The notes: generated by a model from the letters alone, not told the origin. A stretch of 64,000 nucleotides of DNA from Paludibacteraceae bacterium (GCA_024401645.1 JAKSKR010000003.1:11064-75063), one strand, 5' to 3'; positions 19,393-28,328 are shown, counted from the first letter of the stretch. Translations and numbers: made by a program.

Positions 19393-21144
19393 TTACGATT
19401 CGCGTTTCAAAAGATCGTTAGCGAGTTGCAGTAATTGCTCTTTCTGTTCTTTGCTCAACGATGTTTTTTCTAATGCCTTCTTGGCATCTTCGTACTGCTT
19501 GTCCATTTCTAGTTGAGTGACCTTTCTAACGTCCAAGCGGTCATAAATGGCAGTCACTGCACTAATCTTTTCTTGGCGGTCAAATTCTGCTTTCTTGAAC
19601 CATGAAATTAGCGAAGTTTCTTCTGCAGTTCCTTTGGCTAGTTCAAGGGCTTTAAGGTATAAGAATGTCTTTTTGTTTTCTACGATATCGCCACCAATGT
19701 TCTTGCCGAAGACTTCGGTGTTGCCGTAAACGTCGAGCACGTCGTCGCATAGTTGGAACGATAGGCCCACGCCAATACCAAATTCGTAAAGGGCATCGGC
19801 ATCTTCCTTGCTGGCTCCACCGCAAATTGCACCAATTTTTAGTGAACCAGCTAGTAAGACGGCTGTCTTTAGGCGTATCATTTCCAGGTACTCGTCAATG
19901 GTGACGTGGTCTCTAGTTTCGAAGTTCATATCATATTGCTGGCCTTCCATTACGCCAATGACAGTTTCGTTGAATAGGCGAAGAACGGCTGGCAATTGCT
20001 TTGGCTTTGTTTGCGCAATCAGTTCGTAGGCTTTTGCCATCATGGTGTCGCCAGAAAGGATTGCGGTGTTTTCATCCCAAACACAGTGTACGGTTGGTTT
20101 GCTACGGCGTTTGTCGGCTTTGTCCATAATGTCGTCGTGCAATAGAGTGAAGTTATGGAACATCTCCAAGCCGATGGCTGCCGACAATGCAGGCTTAATG
20201 TCTCCACAGAAAAGTTGACATGCAAACAGGGCGAATGCCGGCCTTAAACGTTTGCCGCCAATTTCGCAGAGTTCGTAGGCAATTGGTTCATAAAGTCCTT
20301 CTGGTTTTGTCTTGAACTTTACCTTTGCCAAGTGCTCACGCACATATTCGGTAATCTGCTTAAAGGTTTTCGGCTCCTTTTGCTTGCCTTGTGGTAAGAT
20401 GGTACGCGCATTTCTGCCGAAACTGCGGTATGAGTCGTATTCAATTTCAACGTCGGGCTCCACAAAGTTCTTACGGTCGTCTAATCTGAACGAGATGTAT
20501 TTGATGGTGATGCCACGGCCTAACCATTGTTGTTCGTAATAGGTCTTAATGCTTAAAACCGGGTCGTTTGCCTTTGCCGAAGCATAGAGGTCGGTTATGC
20601 GTTCAACGGCTTCTATATTGTTGGCTTTAATAAGCTCATCGGTATAGGTGAACATAAACTGGCTGTCGGTTTTAAGGTTCATCATGCCGTTGGTTGCCAA
20701 TATTTGTTGGTATAGGCGAAGGAATCCGGTACTAGTTAGGCGCTTGTTCTGTTTCTTCATCTGTGGGTCGGGGAAGGTAAGCCATATTTCGCTCACTTCG
20801 CCTTTCTCGAAGAATGCGCTAATCATTTCAATGCTGGTTCTTATGAATGCTACGTTCTTCAAGCCTTTCTGTAGGGCATCTTTTGCGCCCGTCCACATGC
20901 GTGCCCCCTTTATGTCTACACCAATGTAGTTCTTGTCTTTGTTTAGCTCGGCTTGTGCTACGGTATATTCGCCTTTGCCACATCCCAATTCTAGGACTAT
21001 TGGGTTGTTATTGCCGAAGTAAGAACTCCATTGACCTTTTTTCTCAAAGGGTTTACCTGTTTCGCTCCATACGCCATAGGTATATTGGAATACGTTCTCA
21101 AACGCATCCATATCGCTGAACTTTGCTAATTTTCCTTTTCCCAT
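19393..21144 (-). CDS. trmB: Single ORF fusing tRNA (guanine-N7)-methyltransferase (TrmB-like, aa 1-~225) to a polyprenyl diphosphate synthase (aa ~265-583)
   Basis: N-terminal half: LELGCGKGEY...IGVDIKG...WLTFPDPQMKK...LKTD (TrmB motifs). C-terminal half: GGKRLRP...LLHDDIMDKADKRR (first DDxxD), ...FQLCDDVLDVYG (second DDxxD). There is no stop and no internal Met near the junction. Confidence 0.8.
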   Translation of the reverse strand: MGKGKLAKFSDMDAFENVFQYTYGVWSETGKPFEKKGQWSSYFGNNNPIVLELGCGKGEYTVAQAELNKDKNYIGVDIKGARMWTGAKDALQKGLKNVAFIRTSIEMISAFFEKGEVSEIWLTFPDPQMKKQNKRLTSTGFLRLYQQILATNGMMNLKTDSQFMFTYTDELIKANNIEAVERITDLYASAKANDPVLSIKTYYEQQWLGRGITIKYISFRLDDRKNFVEPDVEIEYDSYRSFGRNARTILPQGKQKEPKTFKQITEYVREHLAKVKFKTKPEGLYEPIAYELCEIGGKRLRPAFALFACQLFCGDIKPALSAAIGLEMFHNFTLLHDDIMDKADKRRSKPTVHCVWDENTAILSGDTMMAKAYELIAQTKPKQLPAVLRLFNETVIGVMEGQQYDMNFETRDHVTIDEYLEMIRLKTAVLLAGSLKIGAICGGASKEDADALYEFGIGVGLSFQLCDDVLDVYGNTEVFGKNIGGDIVENKKTFLYLKALELAKGTAEETSLISWFKKAEFDRQEKISAVTAIYDRLDVRKVTQLEMDKQYEDAKKALEKTSLSKEQKEQLLQLANDLLKRES

Positions 21145-21176
21145 CTCCTGACTCTATGTTAAAGTTTTACGACCAA

Positions 21177-21653
21177 TTACTTCTTAATGGTGTTTATGCG
21201 AACACCAATGTCCGATATGCCTGGTAGTGAATCTACGCGCATACCTTGTATTAGCTCAAAGCGGTATTTCCCTGCCTTGGGGAACTTGATGTTTTTAAGG
21301 AACGAGACTGGCAAATGGTGTGTGGAACCTAGCCCTTCTCCTATCCAGCGCCCGTTGTTGTCTGCCAAAACGCATTCCAGGGTGTCGCGGTACACATCGC
21401 CTTTGGGTGAATAGAAATTGGCGAATAACCAGAAGTTCTGGAAAGGATAGTTGTTTTGGTTTCTAATGTCTATCACAACATCGAAGGTGCCCGTTGTGTC
21501 GGTCGCATTATATACGAAGTTTGCCACGCTATCCTTTTCCCAAACGGCGTTTGGCATATCCTTGCTTTCCTGGAATACGGTGTTGTCCGAACAAGCGGTC
21601 ACCATCAGTCCAGCAAGTGCAAGCACGGCATATCTTATTTTATGCATTTTCAT
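21177..21653 (-). CDS. gldH: GldH-family lipoprotein
   Basis: 158 aa starting MKMHKIRYAVLALAGLMVTAC (lipobox), then ...W.KD....F......G.FDV.I.IRN...YPFQN.WLF.... It sits downstream of PSP1 and holB, as in other Bacteroidota. The start overlaps the PSP1 stop by 14 nt (ATGAAAATGCATAA). Confidence 0.75.
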   Translation of the reverse strand: MKMHKIRYAVLALAGLMVTACSDNTVFQESKDMPNAVWEKDSVANFVYNATDTTGTFDVVIDIRNQNNYPFQNFWLFANFYSPKGDVYRDTLECVLADNNGRWIGEGLGSTHHLPVSFLKNIKFPKAGKYRFELIQGMRVDSLPGISDIGVRINTIKK

Positions 21654-23259
21654 TCCCTCCGTTGTTTTGGTTCTCTTGGTTTCGTGGTGCATTCTGTTCG
21701 CCGTTTCGTTGGTCGCGGCGTTCGTTGCGGTCACGTCTGTCGCCACGGTCGCGTCTGTCACCACGGTCCCTGCGGTCATGTCTGTTGTCGCGTCTGTCAC
21801 CACGGTCGCGTCTGTCGCCACGGTCCCTACGTTCTCCGTTGTCGTTACGCTGCTGGCTATTGTCGGCAGGTTGTTGCGTATTATCGCCGTTGGTGTTAGG
21901 CTGCTGCGGTTCACCATTTTGGTTCTGTGCATTTCTGTCGCCACGGTCACCCCTCTCTCCACGGTCTCTGCGGTCACGTCTGTCGCCGCGGTCTCTGCGG
22001 TCGCGTCTGTCGCCACGGTCTCTGCGGTCATGTCTGTCGCCGCGGTCGTTGTTCTGTTCGTTGGCAGTGCTTTCGCCAGATTCTTGCAGAACGTTGCTTT
22101 GTGGCTGTTCGTTCTTCTGGTTGTCGTTTGCCCCGTTGCCTTCGTTGTTCTCGTGCTTGTTGCCTTTGTTCTTGTGTTTCTTCTTCTTGTCGAAACGGGT
22201 AAGGCTGTCTTGTCCCACAACGTTTTGGTAGCCTTCGCTGTTGTTGCGTTCGCGCTGTTGTTGCTGGCTCTCTTCGTCAAGCAGGTTGTCTACCTTTTCT
22301 CCGCGCTTGTTTAGTGCTTGTATTTCTCTAACACGGTCTGTAGTTAGGGTAACAAGGTTTGCAGCAAAGTGTGGGTCGCTTGAGTATTGCATGGTCTTGC
22401 CAAAGACGTCGGTCTTGAAGTGGTAGAATGTGCCGTCTTTTGTTTCCAATGGAATGTCACGTGGCGGAATTTCCTTCTGTGCCTCCATGTAGGCATCGGT
22501 TTCAAAGTTCAGGCAGCACTTCAACTTTGCACACTGGCCTGCAAGCTTCTGCGGATTTAGTGAAATTTCCTGGTAACGCGCTGCCGATGTCGATACTGAA
22601 ACAAAATTGCTCATCCAGCTGGAACAGCACAATGGACGTCCACATGGACCTATACCGCCAATGCGGCCGGCCTCTTGGCGTGCACCAATCTGTCTCATTT
22701 CAATACGCACCTTAAAGGTGTCGGCTAGCACTTTAATGAGTTGTCTGAAGTCTACGCGTTCGTCGGCAATGTAGTAGAAGATGGCTTTGTTGCCATCGCC
22801 TTGATACTCTACGTCGCCAATCTTCATGTTTAGGTGAAGCTCTTCGGCAATGCGTCGGCTGCGCAACATGGTGTCGTGTTCGCGAGACTTGGCCTCTTCG
22901 TACTTTTCAAGGTCCACTTCGCGTGCAATGCGGTAAATGCGCTTTACTTCGGTGCGCATTGGGTCAATCTTGTTTTTCTTCATCTGTAGAAGAACAAGTT
23001 GTCCGGTTAGCGAAACGGTACCTATGTCGTGGCCAGGCGTAGATTCTACGGCTACCATATCACCTTTTTGCAACTGAAGGTTGTTGGTGTTGCGGTAGTA
23101 GCCTTTGCGGGTGTTCTTGAAGATTACTTCAACGAAATCTGTTGCCGCTTGGGCTTCCGGTATGTCGCAAAGCCAGTCAAAAGTGTCTAACTTATTATTT
23201 GTTCGTTTGCTGCAACCTCTACTATTCATGTTGCAGCCTTGTTGATTACAAGAACTCAT
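21640..23259 (-). CDS. PSP1 domain protein (RicT/YaaT-like) with about 210-aa low-complexity Arg/Asp/Asn/Gln-rich C-terminal tail
   Basis: Core: ...GDMVAVESTPGHDIGTV...YQGDGNKAIFYYIADERVDFRQLIKVLADTFKVRIEMRQIG.R... and the Cys cluster GPCGRPLCCSSW...CAKLKCCLNFE. The tail has RDRGDRRD repeats. Confidence 0.85.
   Translation of the reverse strand: MSSCNQQGCNMNSRGCSKRTNNKLDTFDWLCDIPEAQAATDFVEVIFKNTRKGYYRNTNNLQLQKGDMVAVESTPGHDIGTVSLTGQLVLLQMKKNKIDPMRTEVKRIYRIAREVDLEKYEEAKSREHDTMLRSRRIAEELHLNMKIGDVEYQGDGNKAIFYYIADERVDFRQLIKVLADTFKVRIEMRQIGARQEAGRIGGIGPCGRPLCCSSWMSNFVSVSTSAARYQEISLNPQKLAGQCAKLKCCLNFETDAYMEAQKEIPPRDIPLETKDGTFYHFKTDVFGKTMQYSSDPHFAANLVTLTTDRVREIQALNKRGEKVDNLLDEESQQQQRERNNSEGYQNVVGQDSLTRFDKKKKHKNKGNKHENNEGNGANDNQKNEQPQSNVLQESGESTANEQNNDRGDRHDRRDRGDRRDRRDRGDRRDRRDRGERGDRGDRNAQNQNGEPQQPNTNGDNTQQPADNSQQRNDNGERRDRGDRRDRGDRRDNRHDRRDRGDRRDRGDRRDRNERRDQRNGEQNAPRNQENQNNGGNENA
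21709..22047 (-). repeat. Two blocks of imperfect 24-nt tandem coding repeats (RDRGDRRD units), at 21709-21834 and 21934-22047
   Basis: Reiterated cgcggtc[a/g]cgtctgtc[g/a]cc[a/g]cggtc units on the + strand translate on the minus strand to DRRDRGDRRDRRDRGDRRD and similar. Confidence 0.85.
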
Positions 23260-23337
23260 AAATCTGTTGTGTGTATATATCTAATTCGGCTGCCCTATCG
23301 GGGTTTTGTGTTTCCTGGTAGTCGGTAGCCTACGGTT

Positions 23338-24462
23338 TTACTGTTTAATTAGCATTATCATTTTTAGGGCTAGGTCGAAGAATACTAGCTTGGCTTGCGT
23401 GTTTTGCTCTAGGTCACGCTGGGCAAGTTGCATCTCTCGTGTTAGTCCCGCAATGTTACGTTCGTTAACGAATGGACCAAATTTCTGAACAAAGGCTTGC
23501 TCATAGTTGGTCATATAGTTCAACTCGGGTTGCTTTAAGTTCGAAATGAAACTTTCGCGCAACATGCGTTGGGCATATTCAAGGAAGCTGATTTGCCTCT
23601 TTCTGCCTAAGGCGTGCATGTCTTCCGACCATTCCTTCATCTGCTTGGCGTTTCGGGCATACGAGGCTCGCATCACTCTAACAAAAAGTTCAAAGTATTC
23701 TTTGCTGTCTCCGCTCCCTGTAACAATTTCGTCGGCTTCTATCAAACTGCCTTTGGCAAGGTGTGCCGTGTCAACAATCGCTTGTTCGTCTAGCGTAGGG
23801 TATTTGCTTTTCAAGTATTGTTGAATTGCGTTCTCTTCGGTTGGTGGAACGGGAATGCGTTGGGTTCGCGAGAGTATGGTGCCCAACACGTCTTCCGGAT
23901 TGTTGCTAACCAAGAGGAATAAGGTCTTTCCAAGAGGTTCTTCTATTACTTTCAGCAACTTGTTGGCACATGTTTGGTGCATCTTCTCGGGTAGCCAGAT
24001 TATCATTGTCTTGTAGCCTCCTTCGAAGGCCTTCTGTGCCAAGACGTTGTTTATCTCCTCGCTCTCCTGTGCATAAATAACGCCTTGCTTGTTGTCGGCA
24101 CCTATCGAGTCTAACCACTGGTCTAGCTTGAAGTGTGAATGTTTTGTCGCCATTTCACGCCATTCGGCTGCATAGTCGCTACAGAAGGTGTCTTTGTCTC
24201 CCTTTTTCACGATGGGGTAGGCAAAGTGAACGTCGGGGTGGATTAAACCGGCTATCTTTTTGCACGAAGGACATACGCCACACGAATCCGTATCGGTCCT
24301 TTGCTTGCAGTTGATGTATTGTGTAAAGGCAAGGGCTATGGCTAGCTTTTGTGAACCTTGGGGGCCACAAAGGAGTTGTGCGTGAGGAACTCGTCCCTCG
24401 CGAACTTGTTTCAAAAGCCTTTCTTTTACGGCCTCTTGTCCATATATATCTTTAAACTGCAC
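23338..24462 (-). CDS. holB: DNA polymerase III subunit delta'
   Basis: 374 aa with GRVPHAQLLCGPQGSQKLAIALAFTQYINC, zinc-module cysteines CGVCPSCKK and IIWLPEKM...ANKLLKVIEEP. Confidence 0.9.
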   Translation of the reverse strand: MQFKDIYGQEAVKERLLKQVREGRVPHAQLLCGPQGSQKLAIALAFTQYINCKQRTDTDSCGVCPSCKKIAGLIHPDVHFAYPIVKKGDKDTFCSDYAAEWREMATKHSHFKLDQWLDSIGADNKQGVIYAQESEEINNVLAQKAFEGGYKTMIIWLPEKMHQTCANKLLKVIEEPLGKTLFLLVSNNPEDVLGTILSRTQRIPVPPTEENAIQQYLKSKYPTLDEQAIVDTAHLAKGSLIEADEIVTGSGDSKEYFELFVRVMRASYARNAKQMKEWSEDMHALGRKRQISFLEYAQRMLRESFISNLKQPELNYMTNYEQAFVQKFGPFVNERNIAGLTREMQLAQRDLEQNTQAKLVFFDLALKMIMLIKQ

Positions 24463-24796
24463 AGTTACCTAATTATGGTAATTTATTCAAAATTACTCAA
24501 AAATAGTGGCATAAAAAAATATAGTTACTTATTTGTGAAACGTTTGTGAAATGTGGTGAGGATAAATTGTTTACTGCTAATGTTTTATATTCTGCGAATG
24601 GATAGTAATTTTCCTTCGGTAATATTTTTTCGCATGCCTTTCATCTCTTGTTTTTCTTATGGTAGCATGGTCTTCTTGTATTGGTTTGTAATAATTGAAA
24701 TTTTCATGCAAAAGAAGCTTGTTTATATCATTTCACAGGGTTATTTCTTTCAAGTGCATCGTTAATATCACGGTTGTCCAAGTCTAGAGACCTGTA

Positions 24797-24834
24797 TAAA
24801 AAAGAAAGTCCTAGCGTGGTGTCGCTAGGACTTT
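24797..24834 (-). terminator. Rho-independent terminator of the 27485->24837 minus-strand gene string
   Basis: aaagtcctagcg (24805-24816) pairs with cgctaggacttt (24823-24834). On the minus strand it is followed by CTTTTTTAT. Confidence 0.8.
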
Positions 24835-24836
24835 CC

Positions 24837-25583
24837 TTATGTTTCTTCTTCAAAGTGTTTGACGAGTCGGTTACACATTGGGTAAATCAGCCAGAAACTT
24901 ATTAATCCGGAAATCAGACAGCAAAGGAAGTCGATGATGATCGTAAACGAAAGCACAACTGTGTTCTTGGTGACTTCTATGCCACACCATTTAAACGTTT
25001 GGCGTATGAAGTTGATGGCTAGTATGCGGTTGCCTGCTCGGGTAGATGCTTGCAATACTATTTTTCTGGCAGCACTGCCGGTCACACTTTTCAGCGTGTG
25101 AGTTATTCGGTTACCGCCAATCATAATGGCGCTTACAACTAGCAGTGTTGGTACTGCATTGCATTGGTCGCCATCTTTTTTGTCCATCTTTTTCCCATAA
25201 AGATACATGAGTTTCTGGGCTATAATGAATACTACCAGCTGGAACTGAACGACATCAATAATCAACAATCCCATCTCAATGTAGAAGTTGCAGGGTATGG
25301 CTAATATGAACGATATGGTTGCTGTTGCTAGTGCATGCTTCCAAATGGCCTTTCGCGCAATTTTGTGAATGGTGTCTTTCCCTATTACCTCTACTGGGTT
25401 CCCTTTTATGGCTAGCTCCAAATCTTCGGGGGTGCATAGCGATCCCAGTTTGTTGGTAAGGTAGTCTTTAGCGTCAACGCGCACAAAAGGAATCTTGAAG
25501 GCAAGACTCTGCACCTTTGTGTAAAGGTCCATCCCCCAATTAATTCCTCCTTTTATTTTATCGGTCAACGCACCCATTTTCAT
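24837..25583 (-). CDS. Membrane protein, paralogue 2 of a tandem pair (possibly EcsC-family)
   Basis: 248 aa. It shares FIRQ[TA]FKW.GI...FWL[IF]YPMCNRL, IWKH and D..QFQL blocks with the upstream gene. The start overlaps the upstream gene's stop (ATGA, 25580-25583). Confidence 0.65.
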   Translation of the reverse strand: MKMGALTDKIKGGINWGMDLYTKVQSLAFKIPFVRVDAKDYLTNKLGSLCTPEDLELAIKGNPVEVIGKDTIHKIARKAIWKHALATATISFILAIPCNFYIEMGLLIIDVVQFQLVVFIIAQKLMYLYGKKMDKKDGDQCNAVPTLLVVSAIMIGGNRITHTLKSVTGSAARKIVLQASTRAGNRILAINFIRQTFKWCGIEVTKNTVVLSFTIIIDFLCCLISGLISFWLIYPMCNRLVKHFEEET

Positions 25584-26419
25584 GTGGATTTCTCTTCTAT
25601 GTCTTCTTTTATCTTTTTGCTTATGGTATCTAAATCTTGACTTGTCATGTTTCTGTTGAGCCGATTACACATTGGGTAGAATAGCCAGAAGCTGATGATG
25701 CCCGCCAGTATGGCACACATTATGCCTATCGTAATGGTTGCCGACATCGTTATGGTGTCGCGTGTGGCCGAAATGCCCAGCCACTTGAATGCCTGTCGTA
25801 TGAAATTGGTCAAGATCACGCGCCCGCCAACTCTTGTATAGGCTCTTATTGCTTTCTTTGCCGCCGACTTTGCCAATTTCTTCATCATGTTGCCTACGCG
25901 GTGTCTTCCTATCATCAGTAAGCTTATGGCGCTCATCATAATGGCGGCTTTGCGCATCTGCTTTCCGTCCTTATCACGAAGGTCGTGGTAGCCGTGTAGG
26001 TAAAGAAGCTTTTGAACTACCAGGTAGGTCATCAGCTGAAATTGCAGAAGGTCGAAGACTATCGAAATAATCTGTACGTAGGTGTTACTCGAAATGGCTG
26101 CCAGTGCCGACAGCGCCGCTGTGAATAACGAGTGTTTCCAGATGCAGCGCCTAATCAGTTTGTTTGTCCTTTCTTTGCCTATGGCTGCTATCGGACTCGT
26201 CTCTATGGCCGCCTCTATCTCTTCGGGTGTACAAACACCCTTCAGCCTGTACCGCAGGTATTTTTTTCGGTCTACGTGAACAAGCTTGCTTTGGAATAGC
26301 CATTCTTGGTAGATTCTATGGTAGTGCTTGGCTTTGTTAAGTACTTTTTTTACAGCTTTTATCTGTAACAACTGCTTAACTGTCTGCTTCATTTTCTCTT
26401 TGAGCGTGGCCAATCCCAT
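25580..26419 (-). CDS. Membrane protein, paralogue 1 of a tandem pair (possibly EcsC-family)
   Basis: 279 aa with the same conserved blocks as 24837..25583. The family assignment is from memory of EcsC-like architecture and is tentative. Confidence 0.65.
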   Translation of the reverse strand: MGLATLKEKMKQTVKQLLQIKAVKKVLNKAKHYHRIYQEWLFQSKLVHVDRKKYLRYRLKGVCTPEEIEAAIETSPIAAIGKERTNKLIRRCIWKHSLFTAALSALAAISSNTYVQIISIVFDLLQFQLMTYLVVQKLLYLHGYHDLRDKDGKQMRKAAIMMSAISLLMIGRHRVGNMMKKLAKSAAKKAIRAYTRVGGRVILTNFIRQAFKWLGISATRDTITMSATITIGIMCAILAGIISFWLFYPMCNRLNRNMTSQDLDTISKKIKEDIEEKST

Positions 26420-26429
26420 AGACGTAGTC

Positions 26430-27485
26430 TTACTTGAACTCTATCGTTGCGTTTGTATCGTCAACAGTAAGTTTTACGGTGCGTCCTAGGTAGAGTGGCA
26501 GGTTCTTGGTGGCGTGTCCACTTTCTAAACCATACATAACCGGAATTTTCAGGTCTCCCACTTTTTCTTTTATGATTTCTTCTAGGCTCTTGTCGCTACC
26601 TTGGGTGTTGTTGATGAATTGGCCAATCACAATACCTTTAATGCCGTCAAGTTTTCCACTTAACTTTAGGTTGGTAAGCATGCGGTCTATGGCATAGTTG
26701 GCTTCGCCTGTGTCTTCAATGAACAATATTGCGCCTTTTGCATTAAGGTCGAAAAGTGTGCCGCCTTCGCTGTAGATGAGTGAGAGGTTGCCGCCAACCA
26801 GTCGGCCTTCTGCTGTGCCTGCCACGCAGTTCTTGTTTGCCGCAATGCTAATCTTGTCGTAGCCTTTGCCGAAAAGAGCGTTTTTAAGTGCGGTTGCGCT
26901 TTCTTCGTCTTTCGTGAATCCTAGCATCATTGGTCCATGCACACTTTCTACGCCTAGGTTGTTAAGCGCAATGTGCAGTGCCGTAACATCGCTGTAGCCA
27001 ATAAGCCATTTCGGATTACTCTGCATCACTTTTAAGTCTAGGTAACTCAATATTTGCGATGCTCCGTAACCGCCGCGTGCCATGAAGATGGCTTTCACGT
27101 TCTTGTTGTCTATCATCTTCTGTAAGCCTTCTACGCGCTTGCCTATGCTACCGGCATAGCGGCCGTCGCTTTCATAAAGGTTGTCGGCAAGCTTTACGTT
27201 TAGTCCCCAACTTTTAAGGGTGGCAATGCCTGTGGCAACGTCGCTTTCGCTTACTGCGTTTGATGCTGCACAAACGGCTACCGTGTCACCTTCCTTTAGG
27301 TAATCGGGTCTCACGTCCATGGTTATCTCCTCTTGGCTGTTAAGGATGGTAGAGTAGTATTCTGAATCGTACACGTTGTTTATGTACTGGTTGTTCGTTA
27401 TGTATTCGTTAGTCACGTACTCTTTCTTACAGCCCGTTGTACAAAGTAGGGCGAAAAGAGCAATTGGTAATAGTCTCTTGTTCAT
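26430..27485 (-). CDS. LD-carboxypeptidase (peptidase S66) lipoprotein
   Basis: Lipobox LLCTTGC. LKEGDTVAVCAASNAV...MIDNKNVKAIFMARGGYGASQIL...IGYSDVTALH...GH motif pattern of the S66 Ser-His-Glu enzymes. Confidence 0.8.
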   Translation of the reverse strand: MNKRLLPIALFALLCTTGCKKEYVTNEYITNNQYINNVYDSEYYSTILNSQEEITMDVRPDYLKEGDTVAVCAASNAVSESDVATGIATLKSWGLNVKLADNLYESDGRYAGSIGKRVEGLQKMIDNKNVKAIFMARGGYGASQILSYLDLKVMQSNPKWLIGYSDVTALHIALNNLGVESVHGPMMLGFTKDEESATALKNALFGKGYDKISIAANKNCVAGTAEGRLVGGNLSLIYSEGGTLFDLNAKGAILFIEDTGEANYAIDRMLTNLKLSGKLDGIKGIVIGQFINNTQGSDKSLEEIIKEKVGDLKIPVMYGLESGHATKNLPLYLGRTVKLTVDDTNATIEFK

Positions 27486-27594
27486 GTCTATTTGTGTTTT
27501 GTCCTGTTTTTAGCAAATTTATAAAAAATGCATCTATGCTGTAGCAACTGTTTTTTGAAAATACCCTGATGAGAGAGTCCTTTTGAAAAAAAAT

Positions 27595-28215
27595 CTAGAA
27601 GACGCCAAGGTGAGCTACAACCCTAAACAAGTGTGTAATACTAGTTTTGCTTATTTCCACTGGGTTATAGTCTTTGTTGTCGGCTACAAGCAGTAACTTG
27701 CCTTCGTTTTCCGAACGTTCAATGCGTTTCACGGTTCTTAATCCGTCATCGGTAACTATGGCATATATGCTTCCGTAGTTTATGCTGTCGTTTGGTGCTA
27801 CGTTCTGTAGTGCTATTCGGTCGCCATCGGCAATGGTGGGTTCCATCGAGTGGCCCTTTATGTTGCACCATAGCTGTGCGCCTTGTACGTTTGTCATGTC
27901 AACAAAGCCTGTTGGGTGTTGTGTCTGGTCGTTATACAGTTCTACGAAGCCGCCCGAAAAGTCTACATTGAAATAAGGAATCTTATTTTTTGCGATGTTG
28001 CTCTTGCCGCTAATCATGCTGCCCTTGCCGGTGATTAGCCAGCTGATGTTTAGCTCGGGATATTGTTCGGTTATCTTGCCCATCCATTGGCTGGAAATGG
28101 ACGAACCGTTTACGGTGGCGTTGTGTATCGTCCCGTTCGACATGCCTAGGGCTTGCTCAAACTTGCGTACCGATAATCCTTTGTGTTTAATGAAAGTCTT
28201 AATTCTGTCCAGCAT
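27595..28215 (-). CDS. HTH + S24 peptidase (LexA/phage-CI-like) transcriptional repressor
   Basis: N-terminal HTH (MLDRIKTFIKHKGLSVRKFEQALGMSNGTIHN). C-terminal S24 with catalytic-type GHSMEPTIADGD and ...TVKRI. I place the start at ATG 28215; the track ORF starts at an upstream TTG. Confidence 0.8.
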   Translation of the reverse strand: MLDRIKTFIKHKGLSVRKFEQALGMSNGTIHNATVNGSSISSQWMGKITEQYPELNISWLITGKGSMISGKSNIAKNKIPYFNVDFSGGFVELYNDQTQHPTGFVDMTNVQGAQLWCNIKGHSMEPTIADGDRIALQNVAPNDSINYGSIYAIVTDDGLRTVKRIERSENEGKLLLVADNKDYNPVEISKTSITHLFRVVAHLGVF

Positions 28216-28328
28216 AATTCTAAATATTAGTCCATAATCATTTCTATATTCAAAATTAGGCAATTATTGGCAGAAGTTAAAGGGTGGGGTAGATAATTCT
28301 CTATTTTTTCTGATGTTGGCAGACATTT

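Noticed and set aside
21177-21653. gldH considered as evidence for gliding motility or a T9SS locus
   Set aside because: It is a single gene in the conserved holB-PSP1-gldH arrangement seen in non-gliding Bacteroidales too. No other gld, spr or por genes are in the window.
21709-22047. Periodic direct repeats that might be mistaken for a CRISPR array
   Set aside because: The repeat unit is about 24 nt with no unique spacers, it lies inside an open reading frame, and it translates to an RD peptide repeat.
21654-22280. N-terminal 209-codon extension of the gldH ORF (track ORF 21177..22280, 367 aa)
   Set aside because: The extension is a Thr/Ala/Arg-rich alternative frame of the PSP1 repeat tail. 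A proper lipoprotein signal (MKMHKIRYAVLALAGLMVTAC) starts at 21653, overlapping the PSP1 stop.
21451-22314. Several 90-290-aa plus-strand ORFs and alternative minus-frame ORFs across 21451-22314
   Set aside because: They are generated by the stop-free 24-nt RD-coding tandem repeats of the PSP1 tail. The translations are monotonous (VATVxSV, SPRSLRS, CRHG repeats).
24463-24796. 70-aa ORF (24553..24765 +) and a possible structured RNA in the 370-bp holB upstream spacer
   Set aside because: The ORF is Phe/Ile-rich from AT-rich DNA. I found no convincing conserved RNA motif: the 'aagaaagtcc' string belongs to the terminator hairpin, not to RNase P RNA. Only the loose AGAAGCTTGTTTAT core copy is noted elsewhere.
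27595-28215. S24/HTH repressor considered as a marker of a prophage
   Set aside because: There is no integrase, excisionase, structural or lysis gene and no att-like repeat nearby. The neighbours are cell-wall enzymes (mltG, LD-carboxypeptidase).
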